64,000 bases of DNA. Source: a virus (lineage: Duplodnaviria; Caudoviricetes). Where the stretch lies: the IMG/VR virus record IMGVR_UViG_3300036770_007283; one strand, given 5' to 3'. Each line of letters opens with the position of its first letter. The first letter of the stretch is position 1. Below are positions 1 to 10,205 of the stretch, in pieces. A program made the translations under genes and the position numbers. The notes under the pieces were generated by a model. The model did no database searches and was not told the origin of the DNA. It saw only the letters and a list, made by a program, of their open reading frames with translations.

Positions 1-1273
1 CATTTTGGCTGCCACCAGATATTACCGTGTATTGATCAGATGCTTGGTTGGTATTACCACCACCTATAAAGCTATATGCACCAGAAATCGTATTGCTAAA
101 TCCACCAGAAATAGTTGAGTAACTTTTTGATATTTCATTATCCCTGCCGCCACCAACAAAAGCGTAATCTGTACCCAACCCACTCCCATCTATTAGGTTG
201 GATCTTCCGCCCACGATGGTGCTATAATCTGCATAAGCACCAGAAATTTCATTATCTATTCCGCCACCAATAAGGGCTGCGCCATAGTAAGCAGTTGGCG
301 GCCTAGCTCCAACACCATCTAGGTTTATTTTATTTCCCAAGCCACTATCTTTTCCACCTCCACCAATAAATGAAGATTTGGATGCTGGACCAGATATGTA
401 ATTCTCTACACCACTTAGAATTCCAGACTTCTCAGAATTATCAATTTCATTTTTATATCCAGAACCAATAAAAGACTTGATGCTTCCAGCTTTCACCTGG
501 TTAAGTTCGCCGCTAATTATAGAAGAATCATCAGCCGAACTAACGTTATCATGACCACCACCAATATAATTTCTGGAACCAGTGGCTTGATTATTTTCGC
601 CACCAGAAACTGTACTTGATTCACCAGAAGAAAGATTTTCTTTTCCGCCAGTTACAGAAGACTTATCACCAGAAGAAATATTATCCAATCCTACGCCAAA
701 GGAATAAAGGCCCCGATTGGAATCGTCCCATTGTGTTGAGTTTGTTTTACCGCCCCTAACGGCACCTTTTACCTTGTCAAAAATAAACCTAGAACTATAT
801 TTTGGATCAGGATCCTTTTCTAATGAAGGTGCCCCAACAACATAGCTATATTCCAGAAACTCAGGGGCTGGTTTAATAATTTCTTCTGTATAATCTACTG
901 CAGCAGGAATTTCGCTTCTTATTTGCGAAAGATCTAAATAATAATAAGTATCACCATCTATCACTTCTGACTCTGGGATTGCAGAATCTTGGTCTAAGAA
1001 TGGCTGAACATTTCTGACAGTAATCGCATTATCTGCTATGTTGGAATTTTGAATTTGCCCAGTTACATGACTAACCAAATCAATTTTTTGTGCAGAACCA
1101 TCTTTGTGTAGTCCATCATGCTTATGGCCTGCAACAAGTGGATCTGTTGGTTCATATAGATCACCTTCGGTGCTTCCATATAAACCGCCAAACATAGCGT
1201 TGGCAGATTCGGCGGTAAATACGGTTTGTGACTCAACATACTTAGTTAACTTATTGCGAATTTTTCTGGCCAT
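1..1273 (-). CDS. Tail-fibre/adhesin-like protein with SxIxGGxxN beta-roll repeats (runs off the window, 3' partial)
   Basis: Absent from the ORF track because no stop lies in the window. Translated by hand from ATG 1273 after a GGAG SD: MARKIRNKLTKY...; the distal part has many repeats such as SFIGGGNTN, STISGGFSN, YIGGGHDN, FVGGGRDN. Confidence 0.7.
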   Translation of the reverse strand, partial: MARKIRNKLTKYVESQTVFTAESANAMFGGLYGSTEGDLYEPTDPLVAGHKHDGLHKDGSAQKIDLVSHVTGQIQNSNIADNAITVRNVQPFLDQDSAIPESEVIDGDTYYYLDLSQIRSEIPAAVDYTEEIIKPAPEFLEYSYVVGAPSLEKDPDPKYSSRFIFDKVKGAVRGGKTNSTQWDDSNRGLYSFGVGLDNISSGDKSSVTGGKENLSSGESSTVSGGENNQATGSRNYIGGGHDNVSSADDSSIISGELNQVKAGSIKSFIGSGYKNEIDNSEKSGILSGVENYISGPASKSSFIGGGGKDSGLGNKINLDGVGARPPTAYYGAALIGGGIDNEISGAYADYSTIVGGRSNLIDGSGLGTDYAFVGGGRDNEISKSYSTISGGFSNTISGAYSFIGGGNTNQASDQYTVISGGSQN

Positions 1274-1286
1274 AGAATACTCCTAA

Positions 1287-1583
1287 TCAATCTTCATTAG
1301 AAGACAAATCTTTTAATAGTTTTTTAACTACATTACTAGTTTTAAACCTTAAAGATTTATATGATTTTAAAATCATTTCTTCCTGTGTCTTAGGATTTCT
1401 AACTGGACGTGGTTCATGCTCATAAAGATAAAATCTTCCGAATCCTACAATAGAGATTTCTTGCCCTGCTTTAAGTTCGTCTACCATAAGCTTAAACAAT
1501 TCTTCTAAAATAACATCTGCTTCTTTTTGATTAAGAAATGTTCTTTTTGCTAACTTTTTAGACAAAGTTTTTTTATTGATCAT
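1287..1583 (-). CDS. hup: HU/IHF-family histone-like DNA-binding protein
   Basis: ISIVGFGRF and RPVRNPKTQEEM..LRFK match the HU/IHF signature. Confidence 0.9.
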   Translation of the reverse strand: MINKKTLSKKLAKRTFLNQKEADVILEELFKLMVDELKAGQEISIVGFGRFYLYEHEPRPVRNPKTQEEMILKSYKSLRFKTSNVVKKLLKDLSSNED

Positions 1584-2059
1584 TCTTTTCCCTTTTGATA
1601 AAGGTAAATTTTAGAAACATGTTCTAAAAACTTCTCCTTATCATTCTTATGTTTTAAAAAATTACAACTAGTGCAACAAGGAACTAGATTGCTTTTAAAG
1701 TAGCCTAGAACATTATCTACCCTATCTAAGCTAATTCTATATAACTTGTCACCGCAGTAATGACAGATAGAATCTTTAAAAGAAAAAAATTCTTTCTTGG
1801 TTAATTTAAATTCAATATTTCTTTTGGCGGCACTTCTTTTGCATTCTCTGTATAATCTATCAGGATTAGACTTCCAAGAATCATCCCAATTTTTTCTTTT
1901 ATTATTTCTACAAAGACTACAAATTCTGTGCCGCCCTCTAGAGCCGTTCTTATGAAAATTCTGTATAGCTTTTGTTTGAGAACAAGAATTGCATTTTCTT
2001 TCGACTTCTTCATTCATTATTACTCCGTACACGCGCGTGTGCGTGTGCAGTCTAACCAA
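1580..2059 (-). CDS. HNH endonuclease with N-terminal CxxC zinc ribbon
   Basis: CNSC...CSLC, then CHYCG...LDRVDNVLGY..SNLVPCCTSCN. The real start is probably at MNEEV. Confidence 0.8.
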   Translation of the reverse strand: MVRLHTHTRVYGVIMNEEVERKCNSCSQTKAIQNFHKNGSRGRHRICSLCRNNKRKNWDDSWKSNPDRLYRECKRSAAKRNIEFKLTKKEFFSFKDSICHYCGDKLYRISLDRVDNVLGYFKSNLVPCCTSCNFLKHKNDKEKFLEHVSKIYLYQKGKE

Positions 2060-2264
2060 CTATATCATCAGAAAACTTTCCCCTATATTTTTCAGATTCT
2101 TTAAGATCATCATCTATATTTTTACCAGAAGAAATATAGGCTTTGCCAAGTCTTTCAAACTCATCATCTTCCATGCTAGAAGTATCTATGCCATAATTTT
2201 CATAAAGCCTTTCTAATTTCTTAGAAAATTCGCTTCTTTCTTTTTCTGGCTTAGTATTCTTCAT
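2052..2264 (-). CDS. Hypothetical protein
   Basis: ORF packed in an operon with overlapping neighbours. Confidence 0.6.
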   Translation of the reverse strand: MKNTKPEKERSEFSKKLERLYENYGIDTSSMEDDEFERLGKAYISSGKNIDDDLKESEKYRGKFSDDIVG

Positions 2265-2524
2265 TATTCTAATGGTTTGTTCATTACATTTATTAGTACC
2301 CTAACACCATTCTTGGCACCAGAGGCTTTTGAGATAGTACGAAGGGCACTTGCTACACGGCCACCCTTTCCGATTAACTTGCCTACATCATCTTTTGCAA
2401 CTGTAATCTCATAAAGAACACCCTTCTCGGATTGCTCTTCCGTAATCTTAACATTTTGCACATCATCAACAATGGATTTCACCATTGTTTCAACTAACAC
2501 CTTGATCTCTTTCATCTTTCCCAT
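2264..2524 (-). CDS. khpA: KH-domain RNA-binding protein, KhpA/YlqC family
   Basis: DDVGKLIGKGGRVASALRTI (KH GxxG loop); length typical of the family. Confidence 0.9.
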   Translation of the reverse strand: MGKMKEIKVLVETMVKSIVDDVQNVKITEEQSEKGVLYEITVAKDDVGKLIGKGGRVASALRTISKASGAKNGVRVLINVMNKPLE

Positions 2525-3026
2525 CCTTAATTTTAATAGTTAAAAAATCTACTTTTACTTTTTCTGGAATCATAATATGAAGCAATCCATGCCGCATGGT
2601 TGCAGAAGATTTAAAGATATCAAATTCTTCACTAATAAAGAGCCTGACACAAAACTTTCTTCTGGCGATTCCACGCGAAATGGTGCCAATATGAATTCTA
2701 GGCCGGCTCTCTTTAGAATACTCCTGAAAAGAATCATCAGGCTCTACGTTTGGGGTGCTGGATTGTGAGATACTATCCAAACCATTACCCTTTACAATTA
2801 AAACACTGTTTTCAACTTCTACCGAAATATCTTCGGGGGCATAACCTGCAAGAGCAAAAGAAATGTTAAATCCATTTTGATCCCGCCACTCATCTGTCTT
2901 GGGAAAGTTAGTAATGGATCCTTTGTTGAGTTTTACAACTTCATTAAAGTAATTATCATTACTAAATAACATTTCAACAACCTTTGCAGGCAAGGAATAC
3001 CTTTTTTTATCCATCGGTGTCTTCAT
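2490..3026 (-). CDS. Small heat-shock protein (Hsp20/IbpA-like)
   Basis: FALAGYAPEDISVEVENSVLIVKG, ISRGIARRKF, ATMRHGLLHI. The start is probably ATG 3014. Confidence 0.85.
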   Translation of the reverse strand: MKTPMDKKRYSLPAKVVEMLFSNDNYFNEVVKLNKGSITNFPKTDEWRDQNGFNISFALAGYAPEDISVEVENSVLIVKGNGLDSISQSSTPNVEPDDSFQEYSKESRPRIHIGTISRGIARRKFCVRLFISEEFDIFKSSATMRHGLLHIMIPEKVKVDFLTIKIKDGKDERDQGVS

Positions 3027-3354
3027 CCTCTTCTGTCTTCATATTTGATTCAGTTTTCTCTAACTCTTTTGCTTTTAGAGCAATAATCATGTCAAGATAG
3101 TCAATAATATAACCAAGCTTATAAGCTAAAAGACTAATAGTGGCACCCGCAACAACTGGGTGAATTCCAAAAATAAAACTTAAAATTAACCCAACCCAAA
3201 AGCCAGAACACATCATGCAAGATATTAATTTCCCAAAAAATCCTGATTTCGCAGTAATGAAATTTCTGATTTTGTCAAAAATTGATGCATTGACCACTAA
3301 ATTCGTTATACCAACACCAGACAATAGAAACAATAAAAAATTGATAATTGTCAT
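3007..3354 (-). CDS. Membrane protein with CxxC (DUF1360-like)
   Basis: Hydrophobic segments around GKLISCMMCSGFWVG. Confidence 0.6.
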   Translation of the reverse strand: MTIINFLLFLLSGVGITNLVVNASIFDKIRNFITAKSGFFGKLISCMMCSGFWVGLILSFIFGIHPVVAGATISLLAYKLGYIIDYLDMIIALKAKELEKTESNMKTEEDEDTDG

Positions 3355-3360
3355 AACGAT

Positions 3361-3939
3361 TTACCTCTTTCCATTGAAAAAACTGATTTGACCAAGGTTA
3401 TCAGCATCAATATATTCTACACAGTCTTCGCCCATAAACTTAATTCTATATCTAGCCATCTTATCAGGATCCTCATCGCTAGGCTTTTCTACAAACTGTC
3501 CGTTAATAGAAGGGCTGATTTTAATGTAACCGCCATGACCACCGTTGTGAGTATTTAACTTAATCCACAGATCCTTCTGATCGTATTCTATATCAGAAAC
3601 CAATTTTAAGACACCCTTACCTGGTGCAATCCTTTTTTCTAAATCCAGTACGTCTGGCTTGTAAGTAATAAAACCAGTTACAACTACACCTACATAGGAT
3701 GCAAACAAATCTTTAAGTGGCTCCAGCATAAACTGCTGAGGTTCTTCTGGCGGAACAACAATCATAACCTCATTAACTGTCGCTACCTTTTCTGGTGGCG
3801 GTGTCATTTCATTTGTAGCCACAGTTTCTTTTGATTCCAAATCCGATAATTCTTCGGATAGAATCTCTTTAATCTCTAAGATATTCTTCCAAAGTTCTTT
3901 GCATTTGTTGACTAATCCAGATGTGTTCAGTTTGCGCAT
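3361..3939 (-). CDS. Hypothetical protein
   Basis: 192-aa ORF overlapping the end of thyX. Confidence 0.6.
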   Translation of the reverse strand: MRKLNTSGLVNKCKELWKNILEIKEILSEELSDLESKETVATNEMTPPPEKVATVNEVMIVVPPEEPQQFMLEPLKDLFASYVGVVVTGFITYKPDVLDLEKRIAPGKGVLKLVSDIEYDQKDLWIKLNTHNGGHGGYIKISPSINGQFVEKPSDEDPDKMARYRIKFMGEDCVEYIDADNLGQISFFNGKR

Positions 3940-4819
3940 GTCGTGAATTCCTTAATGGTAAATAGTTATTGTAGAAATCATCAAGATAGAATGTTACATA
4001 CATCTCTGTCATTCTACCCTCTGGTAATACAAATCTAGCAAATTCCCTAAACCTTTTATACTCATCGTTAGAAATTAATCCTTCGTCTTTTGCTTTCTTT
4101 GCAGATGCCATAGCACCTTCGTACTTTTCAATTATAATGTTAGTAGAGTCTAAATACTCACCCAAGTCCATTCCGATTTTTCTGGCAATTTGGGTGCAAT
4201 CATCCACAGGCGGAATAACCTCTTGATGAATTGTTTTATACCTTCCAGATACGGCATTGAAGCTGCCTTTTCTGTGGCGCAGGGCTTGAGTGGCGATTGA
4301 AAGCGGCATTTTCAGACGCCACGTTGCTCGACTTAATGAACGTTCAGATTCAGGATGCACACTCACCAATTCAACCGACATACCATGATTACCCAAAATA
4401 TGATCTACAGAAGGTGGGTAATCTTCTTCAAAATAAGTCATATTGGAACACAAGGCGGATAGCTCTGGCCTTGCTTGGCAAAATAACTTCCACGGCTCAC
4501 GCGCATACAAATTTTGTGTACGTGTGATCTTAACAAAGTTTAAAAGATCCAGAGTACATTTAGCACCACTAACCCTAGACCACTTATTCTCAAAATAGAG
4601 AACCCCACCAGTATCAATAATCTCTCTAGAATCTTCGTCATCATATTCTAGAGTAAGAGTTACTGATTCTAGTGGAGAGGTGTGGTGATTATCTATCAGA
4701 AACTTAACCACTCGCAACGCGTCTTGATCTGATCTGCTGGCCGCTTTTACTTCTGACATGGTAGAAATCCATGCAGAATTAGCTACGTCACGATAATCAC
4801 CCGTAATCTTAAGCTTCAT
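3869..4819 (-). CDS. thyX: Flavin-dependent thymidylate synthase
   Basis: NHHTSPLE, RHRKGSFNAVSGRY (RHRx7S ThyX motif), LR..RHAQTE. Confidence 0.92.
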   Translation of the reverse strand: MKLKITGDYRDVANSAWISTMSEVKAASRSDQDALRVVKFLIDNHHTSPLESVTLTLEYDDEDSREIIDTGGVLYFENKWSRVSGAKCTLDLLNFVKITRTQNLYAREPWKLFCQARPELSALCSNMTYFEEDYPPSVDHILGNHGMSVELVSVHPESERSLSRATWRLKMPLSIATQALRHRKGSFNAVSGRYKTIHQEVIPPVDDCTQIARKIGMDLGEYLDSTNIIIEKYEGAMASAKKAKDEGLISNDEYKRFREFARFVLPEGRMTEMYVTFYLDDFYNNYLPLRNSRHAQTEHIWISQQMQRTLEEYLRD

Positions 4820-6014
4820 TTTTAACTTCCTCGCGACAGATCAAAGTTAGCTTTTGTTCTGGATTAAAATTGCGTCGGGCTGCAAGCAAAATATCTGCCA
4901 CAGTTACATCCGCAATCTTTTTCTCTAATTCTTCTAAACTTTCTTGACCATAAAATGCTCTGACAGAAGAATCCATAGCAAGTGAACGACTACTTTCTGT
5001 CAAGCTGTAAATATGTGTTCTATACTTGTTTTTTGCTCGCTGCAATTCTTCTTCGGTCACTTCTTCTGACTTAATTCTCTCAATCTCCTTATCAATTAGC
5101 AATAACATCTCTTCCACATTTTCATCACGAGTAGATGTAACAATAGATGTAAAACCATAATCACGATAAGCACTAGCACCGGCATTAATGCTATAGCATA
5201 AACCACGCTTTTCTCGAACCTCTGTAAATAACCTAGAATCCATGCCTTCACCCAAGATGGAGAATAGCACGTCATCTACAACAGTATGCGGTGACTTAAT
5301 AGACTCACCTGGAAATACTGTCCATACATAAGTATGCTCTAATTCTGGGCGAGTAACTTCTACACGTCGTGTTCCCTTCCACTCTGGATTGTAAGAATCT
5401 TCAAGGTGACGCATCTTTCCATTTGCACTTCCAAAGTACTTACGCAACATCTTCTTTGCTTCACGCTTGGAGAAATTGCCACTAAAAGAAACTAGGGCGT
5501 CCTTTCGCTTATAGAACTTCTTATAAAATCTTACAAGTTCCTTATGGGTAAATCCAGAAATAGACTCCTGTGTACCAATAATAGGCACCCCATAACGTCC
5601 CTGCCACATATCCTTACATAAGGCGTCCCACATAAAACTTTGAATATCATCCTTTGATGACATTTCTTCTTCCTTCACTACCTCTCGTTCCTTCTTAAAT
5701 TCATCTTCTGGAAGTACAGAATTAAAAACAATATCAGAGAGAATTTCCATAGCCTTCTCTGTGTTTTCATAAGGAACGGAAATGTAAAAAGTTACCTTTT
5801 CCATAGAAGTAAAGGCGTTAAAATATCCGCCAAGAAAACCTACTTCCTTTGGGATATCCAAATACGTGCGTGTGGGTGTACCCTTAAAAATCATATGTTC
5901 CAACATATGTGCTAGACCGGGTGAGAATTTTTCACCCTCTGCTCGGGCACCTGCATCAAAGGTTACTGTTACGGTTGAAATACGGCTCTGAACCTTGTCA
6001 AAAATTTGAATCAA
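4809..6014 (-). CDS. M16 (pitrilysin-family) zinc peptidase
   Basis: GLAHMLEHMIFKGT (HxxEH), NAFTS, SRLFTEVREKRGLCY. Confidence 0.92.
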   Translation of the reverse strand: MIQIFDKVQSRISTVTVTFDAGARAEGEKFSPGLAHMLEHMIFKGTPTRTYLDIPKEVGFLGGYFNAFTSMEKVTFYISVPYENTEKAMEILSDIVFNSVLPEDEFKKEREVVKEEEMSSKDDIQSFMWDALCKDMWQGRYGVPIIGTQESISGFTHKELVRFYKKFYKRKDALVSFSGNFSKREAKKMLRKYFGSANGKMRHLEDSYNPEWKGTRRVEVTRPELEHTYVWTVFPGESIKSPHTVVDDVLFSILGEGMDSRLFTEVREKRGLCYSINAGASAYRDYGFTSIVTSTRDENVEEMLLLIDKEIERIKSEEVTEEELQRAKNKYRTHIYSLTESSRSLAMDSSVRAFYGQESLEELEKKIADVTVADILLAARRNFNPEQKLTLICREEVKNEA

Positions 6015-6061
6015 CTTTCCTCCAATTTAATCTATTGATAATCATACTATAATTTTGAATG

Positions 6062-6107
6062 AAAAACAAAAAAGCCTACCCACCGATTTTTCAGCAGGTA
6101 GGCTTTT
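6062..6107 (-). terminator. Intrinsic terminator
   Basis: 11-bp stem AAAAGCCTACC/GGTAGGCTTTT followed by a T-run on the minus strand, just after the vWA gene stop. Confidence 0.75.
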
Positions 6108-6117
6108 GAAGCTAAAA

Positions 6118-7356
6118 CTACTTATCCTTGATTTCTACCACCACACGCTTACCAAATGGCGGATTTACACTTGCACCTGCTGGACTCAAGGCCCATAGAA
6201 CACGATTACTGGGACGATAATCAAACGGTGCGCAACCATCAGTAAAGATAACTACACCATCATACTTATGTTCATCAGAGTATTGAAGTAGCGGTGTGAA
6301 GTTTGTACCACCACGACCCACAATCTCCATAGTCTTAATCTTCTTCTTGATTTCTACTGGCTCACCCAGAAGTGCGGTATCAAACATAACAACATCACAG
6401 TGAACTTTTTCAGCGACCATTCCGTTAATCTCGGACAAGAAAATCTCGATTTCTTGGTCTGTAATTGATCCCGATGTATCAATTCCTACAAGTAACTTCT
6501 GTGTATAATTTCGACGTTGCCCTGGCTGAATATACACATTTCGTAGTTCATCTGTACGATTAGAACGAATAGCCTGTTCACGACGATTAATGCGCGTGCG
6601 TGTGGTCCTGTGTCCTGCAAGAATCAACTTGTTGATAAACCAACGTAGTTCTCGCTTCCAATTAACCACAGGCTTGTTTGCTTCAATAATTGCCTTAGCC
6701 AGACCAGAACCAATATCTGACCAACCCTTCTCTTCCTGAGCCTTGATACACTTGTCAGCAATACTCCGAATCTTTTCCTTGACTACATCACTTTCACACT
6801 CACCCCAACGACCGTGACTATCTACAAGCTCACCCTTGCCTTCAGTATATCCATTCACATCCTGCTGATTCTTCTCAGCTTCCTTCTTCAGATTTTCATA
6901 GTACCATTCAGCCGCTTCGAACTCTGGCATCTGAAAAGTGCTAGGATAAAAACATCCAGCCGGAAGATTTGAAACGTGACAATTGATTGCCATATCTGCA
7001 GCAATATTGTATCCACGCTTGTTGTAATCAAAATGATCAGAACGAGTGATGTGATGAAGAAGAACGTGCAAAGCCTCGTGCTGAAGAACTGCACGCAACT
7101 CACCACTAGTAAGTGTCATAATCCACTCAGGGTTGTAGTAAAGGCCAAGATCAACCTGCTTCAAAATACCTACACCCATCGTCGGAAGATCCCGAACCTG
7201 TCGCTTATTAAGGAACATAAAGACAGTTCCGAAAATAGGCTTGAAAACAATCAACTTTGAGATTGCCGAATCAAGACGATCTTGAGCTTCTTTGTTATGC
7301 CCCAAAATCGCTGGCTGCTCCACCTTCGGTGCTTCCTTGTTTTCTTGAATGGACAT
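6118..7356 (-). CDS. Metallopeptidase-like (HExxH) + vWA domain protein (DUF2201-type), partner of the adjacent AAA+ ATPase
   Basis: VLQHEALHVLLHH; GIDTSGSI (MIDAS DxSxS); GRGGTNF; VIFTDG. Confidence 0.85.
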   Translation of the reverse strand: MSIQENKEAPKVEQPAILGHNKEAQDRLDSAISKLIVFKPIFGTVFMFLNKRQVRDLPTMGVGILKQVDLGLYYNPEWIMTLTSGELRAVLQHEALHVLLHHITRSDHFDYNKRGYNIAADMAINCHVSNLPAGCFYPSTFQMPEFEAAEWYYENLKKEAEKNQQDVNGYTEGKGELVDSHGRWGECESDVVKEKIRSIADKCIKAQEEKGWSDIGSGLAKAIIEANKPVVNWKRELRWFINKLILAGHRTTRTRINRREQAIRSNRTDELRNVYIQPGQRRNYTQKLLVGIDTSGSITDQEIEIFLSEINGMVAEKVHCDVVMFDTALLGEPVEIKKKIKTMEIVGRGGTNFTPLLQYSDEHKYDGVVIFTDGCAPFDYRPSNRVLWALSPAGASVNPPFGKRVVVEIKDK

Positions 7357-7380
7357 TCTTACTCCTAATATTTTAAGGTA

Positions 7381-7412
7381 AATAAAATGGGGCCGGTATA
7401 TCCAGCCCCATT
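7381..7412 (-). terminator. Hairpin/terminator between the ATPase and vWA genes
   Basis: 8-bp stem AATGGGGC/GCCCCATT followed by TTATTT. Confidence 0.5.
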
Positions 7413-7415
7413 AGA

Positions 7416-8471
7416 TCAGCGGCAGTATACGCTACGAATGAATCCTGCAAAGTCCTTATCAGTCTGCCACTTGAGAATAATCTTCTTCATCTTGCTGATT
7501 TCAAGAAGATCAGTCCAGAACTGCGAAGCCACATCCTTTGGCAACATCTGCATAAATGCCTTGATGTTATCCTGCTGCTCTTCCTGTAGTGAAGCAGCAG
7601 TTCGCTTATCAATAGTCTTGCTTACAGAACGTGAAAGTGCTGCAATACTTTCAATATCATTTGCGGCAGCCTCAACCTTGTGCTTAACTTCAGCAAGATT
7701 GTCCAGAATATCGTCTGGCTTGAGTCGGGCAAAGTCGTTCATAAAGAACTTGGGGAAGGTGATTGATACAGTAGAACCTAACCAACCCTTAGTAATCTGA
7801 GTAAGGAATCCTTCATCCATATCATCCCAAAGACCAAGTGCCTGCACCGTGTCATTAAACTGAACCCAAGAACGACGGGAAGGATAAACCTTACCTGCTT
7901 CCAAATTACCTACAGGTGGATCTAGATGCTCAGGATTCTGTGCAATATAATCTACAACGGCTGGATGCACACCCGCGCTCGTAGCCCAGTTCATCCATTC
8001 CTTTGCAGTTGGATCGAAATCAATAAAGAACCAACGATCCAGAAGCGCAGGGTCAAGCTCCACAACGTCGTAATCATCAGAACCGTTGATTGCTGCAACC
8101 ACTCGCCAACCAGCGGGAAGTGCCTCACCATCCAAACGACGATCCAAACAAATCTCGAAAACTGCCTGAAGAACATCCTTTGAAGCTCGGTTCAACTCAT
8201 CAAAGAATAGAATCCCGCGAGACTCTGGATCACGAGGCCACCAGTAAGGCTTGAGGAATTCAGTACGGTTAGACTTTTCGTTGAGAAATGGTAGCCCCTT
8301 GATATCCCCTACTTCACACTGAGAGAGGCGAACATCGAAGTATCCGATACCCTGCTCCTTAGCAACCTGCTTAACAACCGATGACTTGCCGACACCGTGT
8401 TTTGCAACAAGCATAACAGACTTGTCGGTTGGAATGTCACGAAGGATTCGCTTGGTTTGTGATGCGTTCAT
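7416..8471 (-). CDS. MoxR-like AAA+ ATPase
   Basis: Degenerate Walker A AKHGVGKS, Walker B LFFDELNRA, LDPALLDRW; directly upstream of the vWA gene. Confidence 0.88.
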   Translation of the reverse strand: MNASQTKRILRDIPTDKSVMLVAKHGVGKSSVVKQVAKEQGIGYFDVRLSQCEVGDIKGLPFLNEKSNRTEFLKPYWWPRDPESRGILFFDELNRASKDVLQAVFEICLDRRLDGEALPAGWRVVAAINGSDDYDVVELDPALLDRWFFIDFDPTAKEWMNWATSAGVHPAVVDYIAQNPEHLDPPVGNLEAGKVYPSRRSWVQFNDTVQALGLWDDMDEGFLTQITKGWLGSTVSITFPKFFMNDFARLKPDDILDNLAEVKHKVEAAANDIESIAALSRSVSKTIDKRTAASLQEEQQDNIKAFMQMLPKDVASQFWTDLLEISKMKKIILKWQTDKDFAGFIRSVYCR

Positions 8472-8579
8472 TTTGGATTCTCCTATTCAGCAGTTACAAT
8501 TTTGAATTCTTGGTGGAAGATTTTTATTCTTCATACCGCTTTTAGTTACCGGGGGAGGGGTTTCATCCCTCACACCATA

Positions 8580-8608
8580 GATATAGCAGGATAGATTTTG
8601 ATATTAAA
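8580..8608 (-). promoter_or_regulatory. Promoter class A: TTTAAT-N17-TATATC
   Basis: Exact 17-bp spacer, TG in the extended -10 position; one of six copies. Confidence 0.65.
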
Positions 8609-8637
8609 ACTTTTTTGTTAGATAGAACAATAAGGTT

Positions 8638-10191
8638 TTATGTTTTAAAAACATATAATCTTTGTCCAGCGTCCCAGATCTTGTGCAAACCTAGCTCTTT
8701 GGCATGTTCTTTTTCTGAAAGCCCCCTGTTATCCATGTTGGCACGACATTTAAGCCTATTAAAAGTAGTTTTATAATCAGTCCATTCCCAACCTTGTGTT
8801 TCTTTATCTAAGACAAAACTATGATTCAATAAAAACTTTCCCGTTCCATATCTTAAATCTACCCAATAATGTATAGAAAGATTTCCAACGAGGTTAGTGA
8901 TTCCTTTCAATAGTTTTGAAAAAGCACCAACCACATTAGTATTTATTTTGGAGCAAAACCTTTCTACTTTAATAATCTTAGATTCTTGAATTTTATAAGA
9001 CATTATAGAAATTAGCTCTTCATTTAAGAAAAGTCCAATATGCTTAGCGGGCTTATAGCCTTTAATATGGTGTTGTTCTAAGAATGATTTAGCAAGTGCA
9101 GTAGTGACTTCTTTTAAGGTTGTTTTTCTAGCTCCTATTTTGCCTTGAGAATTTCCTATAGCGTTATTGATCATAGATTTTATGATAGGCATTTTAAAGT
9201 AAATTTCATCTGCACGAAATTGAAAAAGCCTAAGATTTAGGTCTTCATATTTTTTTCTCATTACAAAATGATAATCAGCAGGTAGCTTTTCTTCTGAATG
9301 CCAATATAGCCCATCAGCATTTAAATATATAGTATCAGTAATTTTAAAATCAGGTCGATATGAAAATCCGGCAATAGGTTGCTTGTTCCAAAGTGTTAGG
9401 CCTAATGAATTTGAAACAAGGTTTTCAATATCAGAAATCTTATGCACATAATTCTGACAGAATTCTTTGAAGTCTTCTTCTGCAAACTCTTTATTAATCT
9501 GTAGCCATTTATAGATTGCCATATCAGAAATATTATATTCTTGCGACCAAAAAGCTGGTGTTTTTCCGCAAACCAACGTTATCTGTCCGTTGTTGGCTTG
9601 TGTCTCTTGGATCTTCTTTCTTATTTCTTCAGATTGAAATGGATTTAGAACACCATATCTTTCAAGAAGTGTTGCCTCAGCTTTTGCTTTAATTTCTGGA
9701 TTTTTAAGAGTGCAATCAGAGCCATATCTTTCTCTTACGGTTTCAGAAAACTTTTGAAGTATGGCTTCACTTTTTAATGGTGAATCTACACCATAATTTT
9801 TAATGATGGTTGCCATTTTTTTGTCTTTAACTTCTTGGGATTGGGATGGATTTTCTACACCATATTTAGATAGGTTTGTTTGCTTTATCTTTTCTTTAAC
9901 TTGACTATTTTGAAATTGGTTTTCTGTGCCATATTTTTGAAGGTTAGTTTGCTTCTTTTTCTCTATGGCAGTTTTACTATGTGCAGCATTAACTACGCCA
10001 TGATTTTGCAACATAGTTTTTTCTCTGGCTTCTTTAACCTTGTTCGATTCTTTTTTGAAGCCATACATTTTAACCATTTTATTAATAAAGTAGGGGCTGC
10101 ATCCTGCCAGTTGAGCTAACTCAACCCAGCTTAGATTTTCAACAATATATTTTTGATAAAGCCAATCTTTATCCAAATTTGTTTTTTTCAT
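8638..10191 (-). CDS. Homing-endonuclease-like protein: N-terminal KQTNLxKYGVEN repeats, PD-(D/E)xK-like core, Hef-like C-terminus
   Basis: Repeats such as KKKQTNLQKYGTEN and KIKQTNLSKYGVEN; YRPDF...LNADGLYWHSE; GARK...FLEQHHIKGY...VERFCSK. Confidence 0.75.
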   Translation of the reverse strand: MKKTNLDKDWLYQKYIVENLSWVELAQLAGCSPYFINKMVKMYGFKKESNKVKEAREKTMLQNHGVVNAAHSKTAIEKKKQTNLQKYGTENQFQNSQVKEKIKQTNLSKYGVENPSQSQEVKDKKMATIIKNYGVDSPLKSEAILQKFSETVRERYGSDCTLKNPEIKAKAEATLLERYGVLNPFQSEEIRKKIQETQANNGQITLVCGKTPAFWSQEYNISDMAIYKWLQINKEFAEEDFKEFCQNYVHKISDIENLVSNSLGLTLWNKQPIAGFSYRPDFKITDTIYLNADGLYWHSEEKLPADYHFVMRKKYEDLNLRLFQFRADEIYFKMPIIKSMINNAIGNSQGKIGARKTTLKEVTTALAKSFLEQHHIKGYKPAKHIGLFLNEELISIMSYKIQESKIIKVERFCSKINTNVVGAFSKLLKGITNLVGNLSIHYWVDLRYGTGKFLLNHSFVLDKETQGWEWTDYKTTFNRLKCRANMDNRGLSEKEHAKELGLHKIWDAGQRLYVFKT

Positions 10192-10205
10192 GCAGCCCCT
10201 AATTA

